Below are positions 17,870 through 26,644 of a stretch of 64,000 nucleotides of DNA, piece after piece. The translations under genes and the position numbers were made by a program. A model generated the notes under the pieces. It was given only the letters and a program-made list of their open reading frames with translations, was not told the DNA's origin and made no database searches. The stretch covers positions 2,341-66,340 of the forward strand of contig JAJZUU010000007.1 in the NCBI GenBank assembly GCA_021848325.1, written 5' to 3'. The stretch is from Pseudomonadota bacterium (GTDB lineage Bacteria > Pseudomonadota > Gammaproteobacteria > Burkholderiales > JAJZUU01). The stretch's first letter is position 1. Every line of letters begins with the position of its first letter.

Positions 17870-18991
17870 TTAACCCTTGCGCGGCGTCCTGGCGACGAAG
17901 CCCGCGTCAGCAGGCAGGTCCGCCGGCCGATAGACGTCCAGCTTGCGGTAGAACTGGTCCACCACATAGACCCTGCCATCGTCATCGATAGCGATGCCGG
18001 AGGGCAGCATATAGCGCCCGGGCACATCGTCGCCGCGGTTACCCACCGCCAGCAGCAGTTTCCCCTCGGGCGTGAATATCTGGAAGTTGCCGAAGGCAGC
18101 GTCCACCACGTAGACCAGCCCGGAAGGGTCGAGGGCGATGCCCTTGGGCCGCATGAACTGCCCGCTCTGCTCGCCGATGGCGCCGAAGGTGCGCACGAAG
18201 GTCCCGTCCAGTTTGAATTCCTGCACCCGGAAGTTCATGGCATCCACCACATAAAGCAGGTGGTCCGGCCCGATGGCGGCATAGATGGGCATGTTGAATT
18301 CCCCGGGGCCGGTGCCGCGCTTGCCGATGTCGAACAGGTGCTTGCCGGTGGCGGTGTCGAACACCCGCACCCGGTGCTCATCCGTCTCCACCCCCCCGGT
18401 GTCCACCACGTAGACACGGCTGCCGTCCGGGGTCACGGCGATTCCGCTCGGGCGATGGAACCAGCTCGGCCCGCCCAGGGCGGACAGGTACTTGCCATTG
18501 CCGTCGTAGATCACTACCCGCTTGTTGCTGCCGTCCACCACATAGATGTTCCCCGCCGCATCCGTTGCGATGCCCATGGGCATGGCCAGCTCGCCCGGCC
18601 CCTCCTCCTGGCCAAGGATGGCGAAACGCCTGCCCGGGATATCGAACAACAACACCGCCCGCCGTGCCGTGTCGGTCACGTAGACGCGACCGTGGTGCAC
18701 CGCCACCGCGAACGGCTTGGCCAGCCCCTCCCCTTCTTGCCGGGCGCCGGTAACCATGTATTTGAAGCGCTCGGTCGAATCCTCCTTGACCACGTCGGCG
18801 CTGCTGGTGATGCTGCGTTCGAAGATGTACTTGGCCGGGTCGGGAGGCGGCGGGAACACCGGGTGGAGGTCGACCTTGCTGGGGCCTTCCTGGGTTTCCA
18901 TGGTGGTGCAGGCGCCCAGCACTCCCAGCAATACCAGCAGCAAGGCGGCCTTGCAGACGGCGGCAATGGACGGATACGGAATGCGCTTCAT
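17870..18991 (-). CDS. NHL-repeat beta-propeller lipoprotein
   Basis: Lipobox VLGAC; AKPFAVAV, MPMGIATD, HRPSGIAV, GTGPGEFNMP, MRPKGIALD, MLPSGIAID. Confidence 0.9.
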   Translation of the reverse strand: MKRIPYPSIAAVCKAALLLVLLGVLGACTTMETQEGPSKVDLHPVFPPPPDPAKYIFERSITSSADVVKEDSTERFKYMVTGARQEGEGLAKPFAVAVHHGRVYVTDTARRAVLLFDIPGRRFAILGQEEGPGELAMPMGIATDAAGNIYVVDGSNKRVVIYDGNGKYLSALGGPSWFHRPSGIAVTPDGSRVYVVDTGGVETDEHRVRVFDTATGKHLFDIGKRGTGPGEFNMPIYAAIGPDHLLYVVDAMNFRVQEFKLDGTFVRTFGAIGEQSGQFMRPKGIALDPSGLVYVVDAAFGNFQIFTPEGKLLLAVGNRGDDVPGRYMLPSGIAIDDDGRVYVVDQFYRKLDVYRPADLPADAGFVARTPRKG

Positions 18992-19112
18992 GTGGACTCC
19001 CGGCTTACGTTTCTGCAACAGGCGCCCGCGGGACGCCCGTTCCCAAGTCTTGCCGCGCTTAAGGCTACTGCCCGTTCCTTACGATTCGGCGGCCGAGACT
19101 TAATTATACAAC

Positions 19113-19141
19113 CATCATTTCCGATACTGAAGTCCTCATTG
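19113..19141 (-). promoter_or_regulatory. Candidate sigma-70 promoter for the NHL gene
   Basis: TTCAGT-N17-TATAAT on minus strand. Confidence 0.45.
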
Positions 19142-19171
19142 GTCGCGAAACAGGGAGGGCATGGGCGCGCG

Positions 19172-22100
19172 CTACGGGAGCGAGTTCTTCTGCGACCCGA
19201 TCCGGTGCCGGCGCAGCAGATCGGTGAAGTCCGCGGCGGGCAGGGGGGCACTGAAGTAGTAACCCTGCATCTCGTCGCAACCGTGTGCCCGCAGGAACTC
19301 CATTTGCTCCCGTTCCTCGACCCCTTCGGCCACCAGCTTCAGCTTCAGGCTGCGGCCCATGGCGATGATCGCCCTTACGATTTCCCCGTCGTTGGTGTCG
19401 GTGACCACGTCTTTGATGAAGGAGCGGTCGATCTTCAACTGGTCGATGGGAAAGCGCTTGAGATAGCTCAGCGAGGAAAAGCCGGTGCCGAAGTCGTCCA
19501 TGGCGAGCAGGATGCCGAGTTCCTTGAGCCGCCCGAGCACCGCTGCGGGGCCTTCCACGCTCTGCATCAGCATGCTTTCCGTCAGCTCCAGCTCCAGGCA
19601 GCCGGGGGCGAGGCCGGTCTCTTCCAGCACCCCGCTCACGGTGGAAATAAAGCCCGCTTCGCGCAACTGCCGGGCCGACAGGTTTACCGCCACGTTGATG
19701 GGCGCCAGGCCCGCCTCGCGCCAGGACTGGTTTTGCGCGCAGGCCGAGCGCAGCACGTATTCGCCGATCGGCACGATCAAGCCGCTTTCCTCGGCGAGGG
19801 GAATGAACTGGTTGGGCGCAATCAGGCCCAGATCGGGATGAAGCCAGCGCACCAGGGCCTCGGCACCGGTGATCTCGCCACTTTCCAGGCTCACCTTGGG
19901 CTGGTAGTACACGCGCAGTTCTTCCCGTTCCAGGGCCTTGCGCAGGTCGTTTTCCAGCGCCAGGCGCTCGAAGGCGCGGGCATTCATGTCCGCAGTATAG
20001 AACTGGTAGTTGTTGCGGCCCAGTTCCTTGGCCCGATATAGCGCGGTGTCGGCATTCCTGATCAGGGTCTGACGGTCCCCGCCGTCGTTCGGGAAAAGGC
20101 TGACGCCGATGCTGCAGGTGACGAACAACTCCCTCCCGTCCACCGCGAACGGCCGGGAGAAGGCACCGACCATGGTCTGGCAGACGTGAATGCTGTCCTG
20201 CCCCTTGGCCAGATCGGGCAGGACAATCATGAATTCGTCCCCCCCCAGGCGCCCCACCGAGTCGCTCTCTCTGATGCAGCCCCCGATCCGTTGCGCCACC
20301 TCCTTCAGCAGCAGGTCGCCGAAGTCGTGCCCCAGGGTGTCGTTGATGGTCTTGAAACGGTCCAGGTCCAGAAACAGCACCGCCACCGTGAGGCTGCGCC
20401 GGCGCGCCTGCACCAGGGCCTGCCCCAGGCGGTCGCGGATCAGGAACCGGTTGGGCAGGCCGGTGACCGGGTCGTGGTGGGCGAGGTGATGGAGCCGCGA
20501 CTCGGACTCCCTGAGTTCGCTGACATCGCGCAGGATCGTGGACAGAAAGGCGACGCTGCCATCCGGATTATCGTGGGCGACGACCACGTGGGAAACGGGG
20601 ATTTCGCGCCCGTCGCGCTCCACGATGGCGGTTTCTCCCCGCCATACCCCGTCCCTGGCGGCCATCGCGACGCCCTCCTCGACCATCTGCACGGCCCACG
20701 CCGGATGGATGTTCTCCGGGGAACACCGATCCGGGCCGTCGCCGAACCGGTCTCTCCAGGCGGTATTGACATATACCGTCCCCCCGTCCAGCCGGGAAAC
20801 GCGCACCAGGTCGGGGCTTGCCTCCAATATGGAAATCAGTTGCTGTCTCTCGCGTTCAAGGGTTTTTTCCCTGGTAATGTCCCGTCCGGCTATGACCAGG
20901 CCATTGCGCCTGCCGTCGGGATGGAACAAGGGTACCTTCACCATGTCGTAGACCGCGGTGCCGCCGGGGATGCGTATCGCGGCCTCCTCCCGAACCGGTT
21001 TCGCCTCCCGCCAGACCTGCTCGTCGCTCGCCGCGCATGCCAGATAGGCCTCCCGCCGGAAGGAGCTATAGGCTGCCAATTCCAGGGGGTTCTTGCCTTG
21101 GTAGGCAGCCCCCTCGAGCCCAAACAGGCGCAGACCGAACTGGTTGGCCTCCAGCAGGCGGCCCTCGCCGTCCTTGAAACACACGACTTCAGGCATGGCG
21201 TCGAGCAAGGTGCGCAAGCGCCGGCCTTCCTCCCGCAATCCTTTTTTCGCCCCATCCACGGCATCCATAGCCGCCCGGGCGCACTCGTTTTCCCTCCACG
21301 GCAACGGCTGTCGGAGTTGCTTGAGCCCCGCGGAAGACGGGGCCACGCTGTCCACCCGCACCACCCGGTACAACAGCAAATAGGCGAGCAACTGGTAGAC
21401 GTGGCCGAGCAGACCGAAGACCCCCTGGCCATGGGGCGGCCGGAGAAAGCACAACTCGCTCAGCATCAGGATGCACACCCCGGCCAGCAAGCCGCTTACG
21501 TCGAACGGCTGAGGGCTGCGGGATTTGACCAGAAGCGCCACCGCGGCCAGGGAATACATCCCGATGCCGAGATATTCGACGCCCAAGACGAAGAAAGGCT
21601 GCGTGGAAGTAGCCGGAGGGGCGAAAGGCAAGCCCCCGGTGCAATACCCCAGCACGGCAACGGCGAGGCTGGCGCCCAACAGGCCGTGGCGGATACCCGG
21701 TCTGGCAAACGGCCTCCAGGGCAGCAGCACGGCCGCCAGCAGTACCGCCGCCAGCAGCGGGCGTGCCTGCGGCCATGGGGCGGCTCGCGGCCCAGCCCAA
21801 TACTGCAAGCCGTCGAGGGGCACAAGATGGGAGAGATGGGTCAGTCCGACCGCCAACAGGCCGCAGGCGAGCAACAGGAGATTGGCGGGGGTCTGCCTGG
21901 TGTAGGCGTTCCATCCCAGGGCAAAAGCGAGGACGGCCGCCAGGCCGGCGCCGAGGTCCAGGAGCCCGTGCAGCAGCGGGTACGAGGCCAACGACTCGAA
22001 GCCGTCACGCGGGCTGAGTTGCAGGATAAAGAGGTAAAGGAGGACGAGGCCGAACACAAACCAGTCCGCCCGGCGCAGATACCGCTCACGGCTCGCCCCG

Positions 22101-22177
22101 GCCAGCATCAGATCGGACAGGGCCGAAGTTTCCCCGGCAGCCATACCGGCAGCCATACCGGCAGCGTAAATCAGCAT
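19172..22177 (-). CDS. Membrane sensor (MASE3-like)-PAS-PAS-GGDEF-EAL c-di-GMP enzyme
   Basis: TM-rich N-terminus, two PAS-like segments, RESD I-site plus RLGGDEF, intact EALVRW/DDFGTGFSS/KIDRSF/AEGVE/QGY; start approximate (track ORF over-extends into the divergent gene). Confidence 0.88.
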   Translation of the reverse strand: MLIYAAGMAAGMAAGETSALSDLMLAGASRERYLRRADWFVFGLVLLYLFILQLSPRDGFESLASYPLLHGLLDLGAGLAAVLAFALGWNAYTRQTPANLLLLACGLLAVGLTHLSHLVPLDGLQYWAGPRAAPWPQARPLLAAVLLAAVLLPWRPFARPGIRHGLLGASLAVAVLGYCTGGLPFAPPATSTQPFFVLGVEYLGIGMYSLAAVALLVKSRSPQPFDVSGLLAGVCILMLSELCFLRPPHGQGVFGLLGHVYQLLAYLLLYRVVRVDSVAPSSAGLKQLRQPLPWRENECARAAMDAVDGAKKGLREEGRRLRTLLDAMPEVVCFKDGEGRLLEANQFGLRLFGLEGAAYQGKNPLELAAYSSFRREAYLACAASDEQVWREAKPVREEAAIRIPGGTAVYDMVKVPLFHPDGRRNGLVIAGRDITREKTLERERQQLISILEASPDLVRVSRLDGGTVYVNTAWRDRFGDGPDRCSPENIHPAWAVQMVEEGVAMAARDGVWRGETAIVERDGREIPVSHVVVAHDNPDGSVAFLSTILRDVSELRESESRLHHLAHHDPVTGLPNRFLIRDRLGQALVQARRRSLTVAVLFLDLDRFKTINDTLGHDFGDLLLKEVAQRIGGCIRESDSVGRLGGDEFMIVLPDLAKGQDSIHVCQTMVGAFSRPFAVDGRELFVTCSIGVSLFPNDGGDRQTLIRNADTALYRAKELGRNNYQFYTADMNARAFERLALENDLRKALEREELRVYYQPKVSLESGEITGAEALVRWLHPDLGLIAPNQFIPLAEESGLIVPIGEYVLRSACAQNQSWREAGLAPINVAVNLSARQLREAGFISTVSGVLEETGLAPGCLELELTESMLMQSVEGPAAVLGRLKELGILLAMDDFGTGFSSLSYLKRFPIDQLKIDRSFIKDVVTDTNDGEIVRAIIAMGRSLKLKLVAEGVEEREQMEFLRAHGCDEMQGYYFSAPLPAADFTDLLRRHRIGSQKNSLP

Positions 22178-22255
22178 TGTTCCATCCTGCTTATTATTTT
22201 TTGCTAATGAAGCCGATCCGTAGATATCGCCTGGATTGCGGAAAACTTTAGCGGT

Positions 22256-22798
22256 ATGATGCCTCGGCGGGTCCCCTCGGGAATCTCGGCGGCCGCAATC
22301 CAGGCCTACACGGACGAGCTGACCAAGCCGAGGAACCGGCGCGCCCTGTGGGAAAAGCTCTCCGATTTCGAGAAGGCGGGGCACCCGTGGTACCTGCCGC
22401 TCCAGGTCATGCGGTTCGACGTGGACAAGTTCAAGCCGATCAACGATACCTTCGGGCACGAGGTGGGCGACCGGGTGCTCGCCCATGTGGCGAGGACCAT
22501 GGAGGCCCATACCCGCGAGGGGGATTTCGTGGTGCGCTACGGCGGCGACGAATTCCTGGTGGTAATGCCGAACTGCGACCTGGAAAGCGCCACGCGCAGG
22601 GCGGAGGGCATTCGCGAAAACGTGGTTTCATCCCCGCTTACGGTCGACGGCAAGGTTCTGGGCGTCACCCTCAGCATCGGTATCGCCGACTGGGACTCGC
22701 GCGGGACCGTGCCGAACTTCTCGGACCTGCTACGGGCGGCGGACAAGGCCATGTACCTGTCCAAGAAAAACGGGCGCAACCGGGTATCCAGCCTGTGA
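22256..22798 (+). CDS. Stand-alone GGDEF diguanylate cyclase
   Basis: DELTK..NRR, FDVDKFKPINDTFGHEVGD, REGD I-site, RYGGDEF, ADKAMYLSKKNGRN. Confidence 0.85.
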   Translation: MMPRRVPSGISAAAIQAYTDELTKPRNRRALWEKLSDFEKAGHPWYLPLQVMRFDVDKFKPINDTFGHEVGDRVLAHVARTMEAHTREGDFVVRYGGDEFLVVMPNCDLESATRRAEGIRENVVSSPLTVDGKVLGVTLSIGIADWDSRGTVPNFSDLLRAADKAMYLSKKNGRNRVSSL

Positions 22799-22838
22799 TC
22801 CGCCGCGGGCGGAGCAGAGCGCCGTCCGTTGATGGCGG

Positions 22839-23345
22839 CTAGTCGAACAGGCGTTTCAGGCCCGCGAGGTAGCGTCCCGCACCAGAGTCACCTTCCGCCG
22901 GCGCCCAGGGCGCCTTCTCCTCCGGCAGCAGGGGACGGTAAGGCCCGGCCTTGGCCTCGAAAAAGACCCCGTTCGGCGCCAGGGCGACCAGGGTATGGAA
23001 TACCCCATGGGGTATGTTCACCCCTACCGCCTCTCCGCCCGGCTGCAGCACCACCCTGCCGCTCACGCCCCCCCGTGCATCGAACAAGAGCACCCCGAAC
23101 CTCCCCCGAAGCACCGCAATGGTTTCGTCCTTGGACGGGTCCCGGTGACAATGGGGAGGGATATAGGAGTCCGGCTCCATGGCATTCAGCAGGCGGTGGC
23201 TCGCCTCCTCGTCGGACCCGTGGAAATTGTAGTTCTTGCGCAGGCGCGAAGACTGCCGCGCCATCGAGGAGACCTCGTCCAGGAGCCCCTGGCCGATCAC
23301 TTGAACGCCATCCGTCACTGGCACACCTCCGGAATCAAACTGCAT
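22839..23345 (-). CDS. WbuC-family cupin-fold protein
   Basis: RLRKNYNFH, HRLLNAMEPDSYIPPHCH, GVFHTLVAL..FFEAKAGPY. Confidence 0.82.
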   Translation of the reverse strand: MQFDSGGVPVTDGVQVIGQGLLDEVSSMARQSSRLRKNYNFHGSDEEASHRLLNAMEPDSYIPPHCHRDPSKDETIAVLRGRFGVLLFDARGGVSGRVVLQPGGEAVGVNIPHGVFHTLVALAPNGVFFEAKAGPYRPLLPEEKAPWAPAEGDSGAGRYLAGLKRLFD

Positions 23346-23629
23346 GGGGCATCATTGGATCATTTGCCGTATATCTTCGGGGGATCATAGCAAAACAAAC
23401 CCAGCGGCCAAATACCCCGGACGTGAAATACCGGGTGCGAGTCGGGAAACGGCAACCTGTTTCCGTCACTTTTCCTTTTCGCCCCCTGTTTTGACAGGAG
23501 CCTGCTCACTCGAATTCAACCTAGAAACGGTAGTTGGACGGGCTCACCAAATGGGTGAATCCTGAAATCATTGAAAACTACATTACAAGCATGTCGTTAA
23601 AACTTCAATGGAGCGGTCAATTGCCGTTT

Positions 23630-23836
23630 CTAGGAGCCTGTCGGACTTGAAGAATCGAAGCGAAGCGGGTCAGGCAGGCAAGCCGCGTAGCGGCTGCTCG
23701 CAAAATTCGGCTGGCCGAGGACAGATTTTGTCGATTTTGCAGGTCAATAGTCGTTCTATTGACCAAAAAAGCGGCGAAATATGGACCGGTCAGGTGGATT
23801 TGCAGCCGATTTCCTTTAAGTCCGACAGGCTCCTAG
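23630..23836. mobile_element. 207-bp MITE, copy 1
   Basis: Ends CTAG-GAGCCTGTCGGACTT...AAGTCCGACAGGCTC-CTAG; second copy at 63052-63258 differs at one base. Confidence 0.9.
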
Positions 23837-23947
23837 GTTCAAGGCAGGCGGCGGGGCACAGTGCGCCCATCTTGCAAGGCTCGCCCCAGCAGTTATATTG
23901 GAGAGACGAATGCAGCCGTCAGGAGACGTCTCAGCGGGGGCGCAAAG

Positions 23948-24484
23948 ATGACGAAGAAATCCCTTCCCTTGTCCAAGGTCTATGGCCTGCTGGAACCGGG
24001 GCCCGTGGTGATGGTCACGACCGCCAGCAACGGCCGGGCGAACATCATGACCATGTCGTGGCATACCATGATGGAATTTGAGCCGCCTCTCGTCGGTTGC
24101 GTGATCAGCAACCGGAACCACACCTTCGACATCCTGGAGGCCACGGGGGAATGCGCGATCAACATCCCGACGGTGGAACTGGCGGAAAAAGTGGTGGGCT
24201 GCGGCAACACTTCCGGACGAACGGTCGACAAGTTCGAGGCCTTCGGTCTCACGCCGGTCGCCGCCTCGTGCATCAAGGCTCCGCTCGTCGCCGAGTGCTA
24301 TGCCAACCTTGAATGCAAGGTCGCCGACGGGAAGATGGTGGCCAAATACAACTTCTTTATCCTTGAAGTGCTCAAGGCGTGGATAGCGCCCTCGGAGAAA
24401 CAGCCGCGGACGATTCATCACCTCGGAAAAGGCTCGTTCATGGTTGCCGGCGAGACCATCAAGCTGCCTTCCAGGATGAAATAA
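23948..24484 (+). CDS. Flavin reductase-like family protein
   Basis: LLEPGPVVMVTT..NIMTMSWHTMMEFEPP, GNTSG..VDKF, IHHLGKG. Confidence 0.88.
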   Translation: MTKKSLPLSKVYGLLEPGPVVMVTTASNGRANIMTMSWHTMMEFEPPLVGCVISNRNHTFDILEATGECAINIPTVELAEKVVGCGNTSGRTVDKFEAFGLTPVAASCIKAPLVAECYANLECKVADGKMVAKYNFFILEVLKAWIAPSEKQPRTIHHLGKGSFMVAGETIKLPSRMK

Positions 24485-24608
24485 CTTGCCGAGCAGTCTG
24501 TTGGGCGTACCCGGCAGTAAGCCACTGATCTTGGCCGCAAGCCGCTACCGCTTCCCACCGCCCGTCCCCCTTTTCCTGCCGACGGAAAAGGGGATCGGCG
24601 GCACGTGC

Positions 24609-25754
24609 TTACGGCAATACCGCCGGCAACTGCTGCGCCAGGGCGCTGCGCTTGGTAGTGGCGGCACCCGCCAGGGCGAATCCCCGCAGCCGGCCCTGGG
24701 CGTCGCGGAACAGGGCGCACACACCGTCCGCTTCATCGTCGATGTGCCATTCGCCCTCGGCCCCGGGGGATGGCGGCGCCACGGCCAGGGGGCAGGCAGG
24801 GGTCTTCACCACCACCGGCATGGCGGGATAGACCACCTCGGTGGGCGTGCCGGTCAGGGTCTTGGCCAATGCCCGCGCGGCCTGCATCAGCGGCATGACG
24901 AAGGGCAGCAGCAGTCCCTCCACCTCGGCGCAGTCGCCCAGGGCGTAGACGTCCGGGGCGCTGGATTGGAGCCGGCGGTCGACCCGGATGCCGCGGCCGG
25001 TATCGATCCCGGCCGCCCGGGCCAGGTCGGCGCGAGGCCGCAGGCCAATGGCGGAGAGCACCGCCTCCGCCTCCAGCGCGGAGCCGTCGGACAGGGTCAG
25101 GCGATAGCCGCCAGCCGCCTTGTCCACCCGGCTGACGCTGGCGCCCAGGTGCCAGGTTACCCCGGCCCGGGCCAGGGCGTCGCCCAGGGCCTCGGCCGCG
25201 GGTGCCGGCAACAGGCGTTCCAGGGGATGGGCGGCCGGGTGGATCAGGTCCACCCGGTAGCCGGCGGCGACCAGGTCATTGGCGAACTCGCAGCCGATCA
25301 GTCCGCCCCCCATGATGGCCACCCGCCGCTTGTTTTCGATCGCGCGGCGGAAGCGGGCATAGTCTGCTAGGTCGTTCACCGACAGCACCTCCGCCGCCCC
25401 GTCCCCCGCCAGTTGCGGCCGCACCGGGTCTGCCCCGAGGGCCAGCACCAGCTTGCGATAGCCGCGCGGCCGGCCGTCCACGGTGATGCTGCGGGCCCCG
25501 GGGTCGATGGCCTCCACCTTGGCATGGGTCAATATCTCGGCCTGCAACTGCTCCGCCATCCGGGCGGCGTCGGCGGTGGCTAGGGCGTCGGCCGACTTGC
25601 CCGCGGCCAGGGCGTTGGACAGCATCGGCTTGGAGTAGAAGCGGCCGTCGTCCGCAGTAATAAGGGTCAGCGGTGTTTCGGCATCCAGCTTGCGCAGCTC
25701 CCGCGCCAGGGTGTAGCCGGCGAGACCGCTGCCGACGATGATGATCGGTTCCAT
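24609..25754 (-). CDS. rubB: NAD(P)H:rubredoxin reductase
   Basis: GSGLAG, YSKPMLS, GGGLIGCEFANDL, ALGDCAE, YPAMPVVVKTP; follows rubredoxin. Confidence 0.9.
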   Translation of the reverse strand: MEPIIIVGSGLAGYTLARELRKLDAETPLTLITADDGRFYSKPMLSNALAAGKSADALATADAARMAEQLQAEILTHAKVEAIDPGARSITVDGRPRGYRKLVLALGADPVRPQLAGDGAAEVLSVNDLADYARFRRAIENKRRVAIMGGGLIGCEFANDLVAAGYRVDLIHPAAHPLERLLPAPAAEALGDALARAGVTWHLGASVSRVDKAAGGYRLTLSDGSALEAEAVLSAIGLRPRADLARAAGIDTGRGIRVDRRLQSSAPDVYALGDCAEVEGLLLPFVMPLMQAARALAKTLTGTPTEVVYPAMPVVVKTPACPLAVAPPSPGAEGEWHIDDEADGVCALFRDAQGRLRGFALAGAATTKRSALAQQLPAVLP

Positions 25755-25820
25755 GGCTGATTCCTTGTCTTGGCTGCCCGGCGGCAACCGGGGCCGCTAA
25801 TCGGCCCCGGCTGCGGGTCG

Positions 25821-25991
25821 TCAGGCGGCGATTTGCACCATCTCGAAGTCGGCCTTGGCCACCCCGCACTCCGGGCACGCCCAGTCCTCGGGGATGTCCT
25901 CCCAGCGGGTGCCGGCCGCGATGCCGTCTTCCGGCATGCCCACCGCTTCGTCGTACACAAAACCGCACACTACGCATTCCCATTTCTTCAT
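25821..25991 (-). CDS. rubA: Rubredoxin
   Basis: Hand translation [56 protein letters not shown] (two CxxCG). Confidence 0.95.
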   Translation of the reverse strand: MKKWECVVCGFVYDEAVGMPEDGIAAGTRWEDIPEDWACPECGVAKADFEMVQIAA

Positions 25992-26019
25992 GATCGATCT
26001 CCTTGATTGTCTTGGTTGA

Positions 26020-26490
26020 TTAAGCCGTTACTTTTCCGAGGCTCGCGCGATACTGGTTTGCGTGCCGCTCTTCCACCTTGGCCAGGGCGGCGAAGCGCTT
26101 GGCCGCCTTGTCCAGGATCGCCCGGAAGCGCTCGGCGTGTTCCCGGGATTCGGCGATCTGTTCGTCGATCTCGGTCACGGCGGCCTGCTGGTCCTCCTGC
26201 ACCGCCATGTGGCGGAAGGAGGGGTACATCTCGGTGTATTCGTAGGTCTCGCCTTCGACGGCCATCTCCAGGCAGCGGGCCGGCGTCATCTGCTCCCGGG
26301 GGTAGAGCAGGTCCAGGTGGCCGAAGGCGTGCTGCACCTCCTGGGCCGCGGTCTCCTCGAATACCCGGGCGCTTTCTTCGTCGCCCTGGGCGCGGCACAT
26401 CTTGGCGAAGTAGAGGTACTTGATGTGGGCCATGGACTCGCCGGCAAAGGCGGACTCGATGTTTTTGACGGTTACGGATTCGGTCTTCAT
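26020..26490 (-). CDS. rbr: Rubrerythrin (short, no rubredoxin domain)
   Basis: [40 protein letters not shown] diiron motifs. Confidence 0.92.
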   Translation of the reverse strand: MKTESVTVKNIESAFAGESMAHIKYLYFAKMCRAQGDEESARVFEETAAQEVQHAFGHLDLLYPREQMTPARCLEMAVEGETYEYTEMYPSFRHMAVQEDQQAAVTEIDEQIAESREHAERFRAILDKAAKRFAALAKVEERHANQYRASLGKVTA

Positions 26491-26579
26491 GCTCATCTCC
26501 TTCAGTAGATTGTCTGGGCTGTTCCCTGTGTCGTTCAGCACACGGTTGCCATCATACGGAAGGAGGGTGGATTGATCTA

Positions 26580-26616
26580 ATTGATTGTTACAATAACAAT
26601 GATAGGAAACGACTAT
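26580..26616. promoter_or_regulatory. OxyR binding site upstream of rubrerythrin
   Basis: ATTG-N7-CAAT-N7-ATAG-N7-CTAT matches the OxyR ATAG-N7-CTAT-N7-ATAG-N7-CTAT periodicity. Confidence 0.8.
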
Positions 26617-26644
26617 TAGACGGCAGGCCCCGTCCGCTGCGGCT

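Noticed and set aside
116-20041. Many long plus-strand and alternate-frame ORFs (e.g. 116-1549, 4118-6040, 15260-17611, 17810-20041)
   Set aside because: Shadow ORFs of GC-rich genes: they overlap well-supported genes and lack motifs
22139-22162. 12-bp tandem repeat encoding MAAG-MAAG
   Set aside because: Only two units, in frame, near an uncertain start; not a credible phase-variation tract
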